Shown here: positions 51,934 through 63,884 of the stretch, one piece after another | How the letters are laid out: each line of letters begins with the position of its first letter | Position numbering within the stretch: position 1 is the first letter of the stretch | Assembly (NCBI RefSeq): GCF_000497125.1 | Contig: NC_090596.1 | Coordinates: 682,001-746,000, forward strand | Direction: 5' to 3' | From: Spironucleus salmonicida | Lineage: Eukaryota | DNA length: 64,000 nucleotides | Program-made: the position numbers and the translations under genes | The notes under the pieces: model-generated | Databases searched by the model: none | The model's input: the letters and a program-made list of their open reading frames with translations, nothing else | Told to the model about the DNA's origin: nothing

Positions 51934-52431
51934 TCAATCATTAAAAACACTTTTAATTAATTATTCAACTCCTTCATCTCGTAGTGCTGATAATGAAAAT
52001 ACCTACAAATCTGCTCCCTTAAATAATCCGTCTAAATTTAATAATCGAGACATTTTATCTTAAGTTACCGCAGTCTCTAAGTCTTATTTATTAAAAATGA
52101 TTTTAAACTGTTGCTACTTAGGCTAAATGTTACTCATTAGTTTCTGAAAGTTGTCCCTAGCCACAAAAAATGTTTCACGATCTGCTGAATCAATAACTAC
52201 TAATATAATATTAGCATCAATTACATATGATTCCCATAGACTTCTGAAACGGCCAGATCCTCCTAAATCAAAAATTGTAAATTTATTTTTACGGTATTTA
52301 AATGTATGCGTTTCAAGGGCTATCGTAGGAAGAATTTGTTGATTGTGATTTTAGCCCAATCTTGTTAACATACGTGACGTCAGCGTCGATTTTCCAGCAT
52401 TATCAAGACCAATTATAAGGACGTTCGGCAT
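51934..52431 (-). CDS. Arf-like small GTPase, ARL6-like
   Basis: GLDNAGKST, ILPTI, FDLGGSGRFRSLWE, VIDSAD, NKQD, SA. 165 aa. Confidence 0.85.
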
Positions 52432-53103
52432 TTGGAGGGGCGTAGCCAAATATCAAAATGGAGCGACGGGAAGGAACTTGAATAAACTATATAATATACA
52501 GAATTGTTAACAGAAAAAATAAGAATATTCTTGTTTTTGAAAAAAATATAGAATATCAGTGCGCATCCTGCCGCGATACTGAAATACAGCTGAGTACATC
52601 ATCTACAATTTCCAAACTGAGCTCATTCAGTGTAGTATTTTATTAATTTTGCATGTGTTCGTTCGGCGAGAATGACAAACGGGCTAATACATCTGCTGGA
52701 TCGGGTGTTAAGGCCGAGTACTGGCTGCGTTCCCGCACACCGCAATTTGAGGAGCTCATCTAGACTACTGCGGGCCAGTTACGAGGAGGTTCTGGATCAA
52801 GAACAGAGGCTACGGGCGCTCTGGAGGCAAGTCAACGTCAATGAGGAGCATGCCAGAAGGAGTATGGTCCTCTTCGACAGACTGATGGCGCGGGAAGCGC
52901 GGGGGTACCGGCTATGCGATGTAGCAGGACCCGTGATGGCATGGTGCACCTGGAGCCCTCGTCATCCGGGCAGGAATGATCATGCCAGTACGTGTTTACC
53001 ATCTCCGGCCGGCATATGGCTGCCACAACCATGTTCACTCGGTGCCCACCAGAAGAAGCAGCTCCTCTAAAGAATCATCTAGCCCGCTTGTGAGGTTCCA
53101 AAA
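52394..53103 (+). repeat. Inverted repeat 5, left arm (710 bp)
   Basis: Reverse complement of 55508..56217 (sum 108611). Mismatches at 52592/56019 and 53065/55546. Confidence 0.95.
52672..53103 (+). CDS. GC-rich hypothetical ORF, apparently 3'-truncated at the repeat end
   Basis: Track ORF. Runs into AT-rich sequence after 53103, whereas the other copy reaches a nearby TGA. Confidence 0.35.
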
Positions 53104-54277
53104 ATAAAAAATTGGTAATAATAATAGTATCTATACTATTATATATATTAATCTTTATACTTTAATTATAATAGAGTTATATATTATTATATTTTCATAA
53201 TATAATATATTATATAAAATATCATATAGATTTTATGATCCTAGTAAATTATATACTTCTATGCATTTTTATATTTTGAAGAAGATATAATAAAATAATC
53301 ATTTAAGCAGTTGTCAATTTTAAACCATCTATGAATAAATCTAAAAACATTAAGTATGGAAGTTATGTTCTTTAAGTTGCATAACTTACTTACTTAGTCT
53401 ATGCCTTAATATTTAATTCAAATTAATTTACAAACTCCACACTACTAATTTCTATAGGTCGGATAAATTTGTACTATTCATAATTGCTTAGTCAAATTAA
53501 CTTATGAAAGCGATAAGCTAATCCTCCGATTTATTTACATATTTCTTAAGTTTTAGTATGTTAACCTCTTTTCTTGCTATAATATATGCTGAAAGAATTT
53601 TTATTTCATTAAACGTCCAAGTTTCCATTTAATGATAAAAGGAAATATATAATATAAAAAGTATAGTAAAATACTAATTATTAATTTTGTGAAAACATAT
53701 ATTTTTAATTTTACTAGTATTCATTACACAATACAATGATGCACGGATTATATTTAGAATTATATAGATTTCATATTAAGTACCTACTAATAAAAATGTA
53801 TTTTATTATTATAACTAGATTCACTTACTAGAATATTATGTATATATAAATATTAAGAACTATTGAAAGTTACAACTTAAGATTATAAAAACTAATAGGA
53901 TATACGGATAGTATTATATGTGTATTTGACCAATATTACTATTTCTTAATAATAAATGAATTGTTTGATTTCTAGTTGTTATATACATCACATATTAAAT
54001 TATTGATATATTTGGAGACAATTATTTTATTATATAATGATTAAGGCATATAAGGTTTAATCATAATAATACCACACATTTTATTTTTAATAAAAAATAT
54101 AGTATTTTATAACTAATGAATAATACTAATAAATTGTAGCTCTAAATTATAGTGTATATTTTTATTTTTAGATTACTTTCTTAATAATTTTATAATAAAT
54201 AAATCATATATTAAATCGTTAATTATTTAAATTATATAATAAAAGAACAGTAACTCCGTTCCAATAAACCTTTCGAA

Positions 54278-55093
54278 ATGGAGTTTAAATTTTCTCTATC
54301 TTAATTATTTAATTTAACTTCTCCATAGTTTATCCTAATCACAAAGTTAAATTTTTCTAATTTTAAACCAACAAGCAATCTTAAAGAAGTATTAGCAAAT
54401 TTAGGAAAGGCATCATAGATGGCATAACAAATTCCTTCTCCATTAACAGATTTAGAGCACATCATTAATAACGATTAGAATGTTATTTTAGCAGTAACTC
54501 CTTCTAATGTTTGTGGCTACATCAAAGTAGGAATAAAGCATCTGTTCTAATATTTAAATTCTGATGTTAAAGAAATTTTAGCTTTTTGCATTTTAGATTT
54601 TTACGTTTCAGAAAAAGTTTAAAGAGGTGGTGTTGGAATTTCGTTGCTAAAACAAGTATAAAGTATTTATAATATCAATATAATTGATTATGCTGTTGAT
54701 CGACCCAGTTAAAAAATGCAAAAATTTGGAGCAAAACATTTACAATGGAGAAATTTAGTTGATTAAAATACCAAATTCTCATAAAACCCTGCCGCAATTA
54801 AAAGACTTAGCGAAAAATTCGATAAAGTAAGGTTTGAATAAAAACGAAAAGGTAAGGAACTAGACATACATATGGGAATCGAATAATACATTGGATTAAT
54901 TGACGGAAAGTAAACGGGAATTGAATAATAATAATGGAATTAGGAAATTTAGTAGGGGAATACTTTAGATAAACATTAAGAAATTAATGTTGAATAAGAT
55001 ATTGAAGAATAAATCATAAATGAATACATTTAACAAAAATAAGTTAATAAACTACTAGGATAAAAAGAGTATTAACAAACTGGTTTTTGGTGA
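54278..55093 (+). CDS. ATAT1: Alpha-tubulin N-acetyltransferase (MEC-17)
   Basis: MEFKF, AQQIPSPLT, GYIKVGIKHLF, CILDFYVSEKVQRGGVG, AVDRPSQK. 271 aa, absent from the supplied track. Confidence 0.92.
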
Positions 55094-55474
55094 TAATATT
55101 GGGCTATTATAATAATATTTTATCAAACTGTATAAAACATCTACATTAATTTTAAATCTACAGTATTGTTTACATTTTTCAGTTCTATTTACCGTATTTT
55201 ATGTTAATTAAATAATATTTAGTTTCTCATTACAGGCTTATATTAAATATATTCTTATACTATTATTATTTTTATACTATTAAACAAAGTAATAGTTATC
55301 AATATTTTAAACGTTATTTATATAAACTTCTATTTCCATTTTTGTAAAATGATACTTTAAAGAAAATCTTTCACACTTGCTCCTCCGCCGAAACGGTTGT
55401 GTAGTATTTAAACTATTATGAAATCAGTATAATAGAGAAAATAATCACTAACTAGAAGACCAAAGTAATAATTT

Positions 55475-55939
55475 TCAATCTAAAATTTTGATGGCGTTGA
55501 ATCTAGATTTTGGAACCTCACAAGCGGGCTAGATGATTCTTTAGATGAGCTGCTTCTTCTGGTGGGCACCGAGTGAACATGGTTGTGGCAGCCATATGCC
55601 GGCCGGAGATGGTAAACACGTACTGGCATGATCATTCCTGCCCGGATGACGAGGGCTCCAGGTGCACCATGCCATCACGGGTCCTGCTACATCGCATAGC
55701 CGGTACCCCCGCGCTTCCCGCGCCATCAGTCTGTCGAAGAGGACCATACTCCTTCTGGCATGCTCCTCATTGACGTTGACTTGCCTCCAGAGCGCCCGTA
55801 GCCTCTGTTCTTGATCCAGAACCTCCTCGTAACTGGCCCGCAGTAGTCTAGATGAGCTCCTCAAATTGCGGTGTGCGGGAACGCAGCCAGTACTCGGCCT
55901 TAACACCCGATCCAGCAGATGTATTAGCCCGTTTGTCAT
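55475..55939 (-). CDS. Hypothetical ORF, 154 aa (complete copy of the 52672 ORF)
   Basis: Frame continues past the repeat end to KILD-TGA. The coding frame in the 3' half is uncertain. Confidence 0.4.
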
Positions 55940-56217
55940 TCTCGCCGAACGAACACATGCAAAATTAATAAAATACTACACTGAATGAGCTCAGTTTGGA
56001 AATTGTAGATGATGTACTTAGCTGTATTTCAGTATCGCGGCAGGATGCGCACTGATATTCTATATTTTTTTCAAAAACAAGAATATTCTTATTTTTTCTG
56101 TTAACAATTCTGTATATTATATAGTTTATTCAAGTTCCTTCCCGTCGCTCCATTTTGATATTTGGCTACGCCCCTCCAAATGCCGAACGTCCTTATAATT
56201 GGTCTTGATAATGCTGG
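55508..56217 (-). repeat. Inverted repeat 5, right arm
   Basis: Ends after the first 38 nt (56180..56217) of the ARL gene. Confidence 0.95.
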
Positions 56218-56602
56218 CAATTTATTAGTTAGCTATTTTAGCTAAGTTTAATAATAATTTTAGAATGTATTTTCAGGTCTATCATTTTAAAGAAATAGTT
56301 AATATTATAAATTGATTATGGTTGGAACATCAAGAAATATTGTAATATTATATATCATATATAATTAAATTATTTATATACTTCATTTGTTTTATTTTGA
56401 TAAAATTTAAAATGCACTGATTTCTATCATAATTATTAGTTATATAGAATTTATTTATAAATTATTACAATATTAGTTCATTTCACCAAGATTTGAATTA
56501 AAGCTATTATTTTATTCTATATAATAATATAAATGTATTATAATAAAATCACTATTTGTTTCAATAATGTTTTGGAGCTTTATAAATTATATTAATAAAA
56601 AT

Positions 56603-57462
56603 AATCTAATCAGTTCATCCTTAAGTAAGGAGTGAGCCTCTCGGCGATGAATTTGTAGTTCGTTGTATAGTCACCATGGAACATCTTCTCCACCTTGAAT
56701 TCTACTTTCCCCTGCTCTACCATGGACCTCAGGCCAAATGTGTCCTGCTTGTACTCCTCACGGTCGTGGTAGAGGGACACCGAACCGTCGGTGCCGTCCT
56801 TCCAGACTCCGAAGAAGGCGCTCTGCCACGGCGAGATGACCTCGTCGAGCGGGCCGCCGAAGAGGATGACCCTGTCCACGGACATGAAGTTGATCTTGCG
56901 CTGGATGTTGTAGTCGCGGATGTTGTCCATCACGGGCAGCGACCTGGCCTTCTTCGCGTAGGCCTTCAGCTTGTACGGGTTCCTCCAGTACTGGGCGGGA
57001 GAGAGCCTGGACTGTGCGAAGTCCTTGTACTGCAGGTAGAACAGCAGCTTCTGGACGAAGGTCGGTAGATAGTTGCCCTTGCACAAAGATTTCACGCCGC
57101 AGAAGAAGCCGCCCTGGGGGCTGCTGAGGGAGATGAAGCGCACCATCGGCGCCATCTTGTGGTTGTACTCTTCGAGCAGGGCCCGCATGAGGTATCCCCC
57201 CTGGCTGTGGCCCACGCCGATGTAGCCGCCCTGCGTGGCCGAGTTCTCGCTGATGCACTCGGCTAGGAGCTTGATCTGCTGCGAGATCTCCATGAAGATC
57301 GAGTCCCAGCGGCCGTTGCCGATCTCGCAGTTGATCACGGTGGCGTCCGGGATCTGCTCCTAGATGACCTCCTTCATGTACTCCAGGTAGTGAGCCGACG
57401 AGTCGAAGCCGTGGATGAGCACGATTGGGTACTGCGCGAGTAGCGTAACGAACATTTTCTAA
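56603..57462 (-). repeat. Inverted repeat 4, right arm
   Basis: Reverse complement of 46994..47853. Confidence 0.95.
56610..57455 (-). CDS. Second palmitoyl-protein thioesterase copy
   Basis: Differs by SPQSG/SPQGG and FGLGSM/FGLRSM. Confidence 0.93.
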
Positions 57463-58906
57463 GGAATGGTATTTTACATTTATTTCTAAAATCTATAGAT
57501 ACTGACTGTTTAAGTTTGTTAAAAAACAAAATGTAAACAGTAAAAATTAATCATTAATACGGTTCTATTACTTATGTGTATATTAAATCAAAATAATCGA
57601 TATCTATTATTTTGAATATAATGAAGTTAATTTTTACTAAATCAAAATAATTTACATAATTATAACAGAATTATATGTTTATTTTTTAATCTAAAAAACA
57701 AAACTTAGACTAGCTCTGAAATTATTTTATTAAAGTGATAAGCTTACTAAATATTATTAACTTACTAAAAAAATTATGTTATCAATAACTTAGTAACTGG
57801 TAATTATATTAATAAACTGGTCGTTATTGCTAATTTTTTAATTTCTAATATCTGGTTACTACTAATAATGATAGCAAATGATCACTTTCATCTATGAATA
57901 AAAACTTCATTTGTTTTGGTTTCTTAGGTCTATAATTATTGCATACTCTTATATAAAAATACTATTATAGTATAATAAATTTCATTATAACCTATTACAA
58001 TTCCAATATAAATTTTTTAAATTTAAAGTAAGTAAATAAGAATTTTAAATGTAAATAAAATATAAAGTAAATATTTGTTTAAATATTGTAAACATTCTTT
58101 ATAATTGCTTATTGCTACGAATTTTGATAACTAAAATTGGCTAATAAAGTATCCATAAATCTAAATACACTTTAATATTAAAAAATATATGGGTATAATT
58201 ATTTGAAAATTTATATGCGTAAAGTATTATTATATATTATGTTTTAATCAAAATAACATAGCGAATCAGAACCTATTGAACTAATTGTGATATGGTTGGG
58301 ATGATGAGTTTGATGTACATAGACAAAAAATACTATAGTTACTTGTTATTGATATAAACTCTAGATTTTTGTAATAAAAGGAGCATGCTAGCGGTATATA
58401 GACAATTACATAAAATTTAGGTAGAGGCAGGCAGCTCTATTTTTAAATGTATATTGTACAAATTTATAAAGTTATAAGTTTAATTCATTGTATAAATCTA
58501 ACTAGAGAATATAGTTTTCGGGATTTAATATTTAAAAATAATCATTTATTTGATTTTATTCTAGCAACTAATTGTCCGCTGAGCTTAATTACAGATGACA
58601 GTCTTTCTTCGTATTGAAAATGCTTCAATATTGGTGTGACTCGAGTATCATACTATAATTTCCGAAATGTTTAATTTGGTGCAAAATTAGAAACAGGTGA
58701 AGCTATGCTCTATTAATTCACTATTGACCCAATATTATAAGCTGAATATATTTAGCTAGAATTATATTATGGGTAATTAGTTAAATCAGACGCTGGGGTG
58801 TTCAGCAATGCCTTATATTAACGACGAAATAATTGCATATTATTAATCAAAAAGTATAATAATTATTTTAAAATATAATATACAATAATCTACCCACTCC
58901 ATTTTA

Positions 58907-59488
58907 ATGAACTACGACGAGCTCCTAACCATGAAATCTCGTGCTTTACGCCTATCAACTAAAGATGCATAGAAATCTTTGGAACTCACACTATAGTACC
59001 TTCAAAATGCACCATATGACCAGTTCGTGGAAAAAGTGCTGTCCAACGCATTTAGAGAGGAATTTCTGCATCTAATTGCACAAATCGTGCCGTACTGCCC
59101 GTACAGCGCAGTTTAAGCGCTCCCAAACACGAACGAGACCCGCTAGTATAAGGCGCAGCTCTCAAAGTCACCGCTTCTGGCCTCACAGACCGATTATTTC
59201 GTCAAATTTGACACTTTCGCATTAAATTTTGAGTATTTTATTCTTCTGTTGACGAACCACAACTTCAAGTATGCGGATATTATACTCAGTTAATATCCTG
59301 AATCCGAGGAGATGCAGCTGCTTTTTCAGATCGTCTCCAAGAACCACGAGACCGCTTTCAAGCTTTTTAAGAGCAAATACGCAGCCGAATTAAAGCAGTT
59401 TAGCTAGCTTTTGCAGAAGCTGTAGGAGGCGTGTTTCGCGCCAAAGGAGGGCGTTGTTTAGGATTGCGACCAGGATGAGCTTGACTGA
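58907..59488 (+). CDS. Helical protein, 193 aa, possibly a divergent GET4
   Basis: LNFEYFILLL...FKLFKSKYAAELKQFSQLLQKLQEACF...DELD resembles the GET4 C-terminus. C-rich tract before the ATG. Confidence 0.55.
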
Positions 59489-60226
59489 TCGGATTTTGAT
59501 TTTTAGCATATTTCAAGTAGCGGTATTGGGGCTTTTCGGGAGCCTGTGGGGTCGTTGGAGGCCGTCGCTGACAATATAATGTGATTTAAGAGATTGTAGG
59601 GCGTTATTGAAATAGGCAGTTTTGCATCTCAAAAATCGGGATATATATGAAATAGAATATAATAATGCAAATTTGTGTTTTTTAATAATTTCATAGTAAA
59701 AAGAATAATATATAATTTTTTTAATTTTTGTTAGTTTCTTTAAGTTAAAAACGTGAGGATCATGAATATTGATAAATAAGTTTTATTCACTTAGCCTTGA
59801 GTTACTGATCTTGAAAATTTAGCGATCTTAATTGATAGAATTATTATATTATATATGGTATTTTATAAATTTTTAGGGAGCGTAACGATTTTAAAAATTA
59901 AACTTATATTTTCATATAATTTTTAAATTATAATGAGAAAAGTATATAAATAATAATAAAATTCTGTAATTTTAGTTATCTTATTTTTATATATGATTAA
60001 TTTTGGTTAAATAGGACTAAGCGTATTGTTTGAATAATGTTAGATATTATAAAACTCATAATCCATATTATATACAATAATAGGTAATTTAGTTTTATTT
60101 TTTAATATTCATTTCTATTGATTTATTATAATTATATATAAAATTTTATGTATAATTTTTGTAAAATTATTTCAGAATTAATTTTATTTATATAAAATAT
60201 CTTTAGTTGTTTTTAACCAACTATAA

Positions 60227-60613
60227 ATGAAACCTATTTAGTAGAAAAAGATACGTAAAAACTTATCCGCTTTGCAGTAACCAAAATCATTATTATAAGG
60301 ATAAAAACTAAATTTTAATTTACTTACGCTTTCTCCTATGAAATTCGTTGACAGTAATTCTATTGAAGATGCTAATTAAGTAACTGATAGATTCTAAACA
60401 GTACCGTTTCGTTTATTCATTAAACCTGAAACAAATAGTGGATAATCATAGATCGCAACAGATCTATTTTGTAACGACTTCAAGTTGCCAGAAGAAGATG
60501 CAGATGAGGGAAATTTAACAGATAGATTTATAGTATCTTAAAAACCAATAACTTCAAATACATAATACTGTTCTATGTTTACAGTGGATGAGGAAGAAGA
60601 ATATTTGATGTGA
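60227..60613 (+). CDS. Hypothetical protein, 128 aa
   Basis: ATG-to-TGA frame under table 6, acidic tail. Confidence 0.5.
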
Positions 60614-60853
60614 TGATTTTGTTATATTTTATGTGATTTTGATATGTATTACTCATTTTATGCTACAAAATTTCAGTCTCCAGCTGTAAACTTGATAAAT
60701 AACAGAATAAGATTACAAACAATGCATCCGATATTATACAACTTCGTAACTCTATAATATCTATAAATGATCATTTTTTATTTATTACTGTACGTTATTA
60801 TATAGAAACTATCATAAGCATTAATATTTAAAGTTTTACACCACTCCTTTGAC

Positions 60854-61135
60854 ATGGCCGGTCTTTTCGCTCAGGGTATTTTCACTGGTTTCCGCCGTTC
60901 TCTCCGCAGACAGTATTGTCATACTGCTCTCATCCATATTGAAAACGTAAACAACCTTGAATAAGCTAAGTTCTATCTCAATAAGAAATGCGTCTTCGTT
61001 TATCCTGAATCCAAGAAGGTAGTTAACGGTACCGTTGTTTCCACTCATGGTAACTCTGGAACCATCAGATGCAAGTTTGACCATAACTTATCTCCTTCCG
61101 TTATGGGCAAGGTCGTTCGTATCCTCGTCGAGTGA
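60854..61135 (+). CDS. RPL35A: 60S ribosomal protein L35a (eL33)
   Basis: GIFTGFRRSLRRQYCHTALIHIENV, FYLNKKCVFVY, THGNSGTIRCKF. One internal TAA. Confidence 0.95.
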
Positions 61136-61218
61136 TCATTTAATTGTGAGATTTTTCTTTATGCACTTTCTAACCAAGCTTATTATTACTAATTTCCTAT
61201 AATAAAAGATAATAAAAG

Positions 61219-62640
61219 TCAGTCTTTTTTGCTTTCCTTCTTCTCTTTCTTTTCTTTTTTCTCCTCATCTTTTTCGTTCTTCTCTTTTTTCTCCTCTTTT
61301 TCTTTCTTTTTCGCCTCTTTAGCTCTCTTTTTCTCTTCCTTCTGTGCTTTCCTTTCCTCTTCTGTAATATCTGTTTTTTCGTTATGGATATGAGTTTTCT
61401 CTTCAACAACCTTGTATTCACCTGCATTAGCACATGTGTTACCAGCTTCTTCTAAAAACTTTTAAACATCAGTCCATTTGGTTCTCCATGTATGAGGGGT
61501 ATTATCTTGTATTTCACCATGTTTACCTAATAAACCTTTTTCTATAAGCTGTAATCTTTCTAAAGCTTATTCACCTTTACCCCATTACTTTTCATAAGTA
61601 TCTCTATCCATAATTACTCTAGTGGTCTTACAGACAACACCATGATTTAATCCAGCTATATCAACGGAGCTCATGGTAGCTTTGGCAAGAGCAATGGCCT
61701 CGCCTTTAGTGGAACAAATGATAACGGTATCACCAATGCTAATATTGCTGGAATATCTTACAACCCCTTAAATAAGAAGGGGAGCACCATAAGTAATACT
61801 GTTTACAGCAGAATCTTTGATAAAAACTTTCTTCTCATCAATAAGGAGAGCCTCAAGAGGCATAACTACTTTTCTGATATAAGATTCATCATTTTAGTTC
61901 TTCAACAACCAAGCTGCATCTAAAACATCATGCAAAGTAACCATATTAGTAGTTTCGTCTAAACAGCCAGATCGTACACGTCTTAACTCTAACATAAAAG
62001 CATCACATCCCATTAAATAGCCAAAATGTTAGCAAAGTACTCTGATATAAGTACCACTTTCACAGTCAACCTTGAACACAATTCTACCTTCCTCATAATT
62101 GAATTCTAAAATATCCATTTTGTATATTTCTCTAACTCTCAATACACGCTTTACAGCACATCCTTCTGCAGGTGGCCTTTAAAGTTATGGTGCAGTAAGT
62201 AACTTGGAAACTTCCTTAATCTTTAATACCATTTAGTCTTTAGAAAACTGTTTTTTCATAGCTTCATAATTATTGAATTATAAAATGGAAACATAGGATT
62301 TTCCCATTGCTTATTGAGATTTAACTAATCTTGTAGCTCTGTCAATACAAACTAATAGATTACCTGAAACCATAGGATCTAATGTACCAGAGTGACCAGT
62401 CTTTTCCACATTTAATATTCTCTTAACCCATGAAACCACTTCATGAGAGGATGGTCCAGCTACTTTATCAAGATTGATAACACCATACTTGAGGTGTTCA
62501 GCAATAGGACGGTTCAAAGGAGAATATCCTGCTGGTGTAGGAGTATATGAAGCTGACTTAACACATAATTAAGTGTAGTTTTTCAGTAATAATGGAAGTT
62601 CCTCGGAATGCAAAACAGGTTTAGCCTAAGTCGGTAACAT
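61219..62640 (-). CDS. CBF5: H/ACA snoRNP pseudouridine synthase (dyskerin)
   Basis: [45 protein letters not shown] domain, K/E-rich tail. 473 aa. Confidence 0.96.
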
Positions 62641-62724
62641 TATTCGGAGTGGATAGTGGAACGGTAAATAAAATTTAAGTTATTATTATATAGTAAAAAT
62701 ATAACTAGCTTTATTAATTTTTAA

Positions 62725-62877
62725 ATGGATAAGATGTAATTATTTGCGAATGTCGATGAACTTTGTAAATTGTTGAATATTTAATTAAACAGAGAATAAA
62801 TTGCTAGTATATATGAATTAGTTGAAGCAGGTATTAATCCAGAAGCTTTAATAGCGGCTATTAGTGATTTTAAGTGA
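62725..62877 (+). CDS. MZT1: MOZART1 gamma-tubulin complex microprotein, 50 aa
   Basis: ELCKLLNIQLNREQIASIYELVEAGINPEALIAAI matches the MOZART1 LLN..L.....L.E.G(V/I)NPEAL pattern. Confidence 0.8.
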
Positions 62878-63389
62878 TTTTATTATTACCATGCCATATT
62901 ACCGGTTTTATACTTTAATAAAATACTTATATGTCAATAATTAATCTAGAATACTTACAACTCTACACTAAATCACGCGATTCATATATGAATATTTCTG
63001 AATTTTTTGTAGTAAATAGTCAAAATTAACAAAACACTATTTTATATAATAAACAAGATACGAATAAGTAATAAATAATAAAAACTATTTATTGTCCATT
63101 AAACCTGAAACATGATAAATTGAGCAATGTTAATCTAGAAAGAATACGAATAGGCAATTAAACTAATTCAGAGAAGAAAATAACAATTAATATTAAAAAA
63201 TTAAAAAATACTTGAAAATTTGTGGCACATAATACCTGGAGCAAACAATTGCAACAGATTTAAAATAGCCTCCATTCTAAGCCATCTAACGCTTCTAATG
63301 CTGCTGAGCAGAGAAAGCTGGGTAATAAGGATGGCTTGTGAGGAGTGGAAAATTATTTTATAATTCTTTAAAATTATACATTATTATAT

Positions 63390-63884
63390 TCATTCTAACA
63401 CTTCATCTGCGTCTCGAATTATTTTCTCCGAATTGAGTTTTAGGTCGAAAATATCCCCCAGTGCGCCGGCTCCGTCCTCATGGTACTTGCTCAGTAGCTC
63501 CTTAACGCTACGGGAGAGGTCCTATACCCCCAAAGAGCGCTGCATTTCCTGCGTTTTTTCAAGCTCGAAAATTACCTGGCGGGCGCCCTCCTAATCTGCA
63601 TAGAGTGCCGTCGCGCGCTCCAAAACTCCATCACGCGCACAACCGAAAAGATCCTACAACCTGGTGATAACTGTCTCGTTTACGTGCGACTTCGCACTCA
63701 GAATTTCGTAATTTTCTCGCAGGAAGTTGAACTCGACTAATAGCGCCTGATACCGTGACTGCACAATCTGTAACTGCTAGATTGCCTCAAATGTTTCACA
63801 GTCTGTTACTAGCGCTGCTGTGATCTCCGCCTTTACAGACTTCAGTGCATGCAGCTCCGCGAGCTTAGATGATTGTGCATCCAT
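63390..63884 (-). CDS. Hypothetical coiled-coil protein, 164 aa
   Basis: ATG-to-TGA frame, helical composition, upstream AT-rich and C-rich tracts. Confidence 0.65.

Noticed and set aside
52625-52645. GTGTAGTA as a U2 snRNA branch-pairing sequence
   Set aside because: No supporting U2 stem I or U6-pairing context. The 8-mer also occurs near 55400.
1-55093. Functional cluster of flagellar genes (CFAP57, DNAI1, LRRC56, ARL6, ATAT1)
   Set aside because: They are interspersed with unrelated genes, such genes are common in flagellate genomes, and contig order may be chimeric.
61197-61433. K/R-rich ORF and pyrimidine-rich simple repeat
   Set aside because: It is an alternative frame of the K/E-rich C-terminal tail of CBF5.
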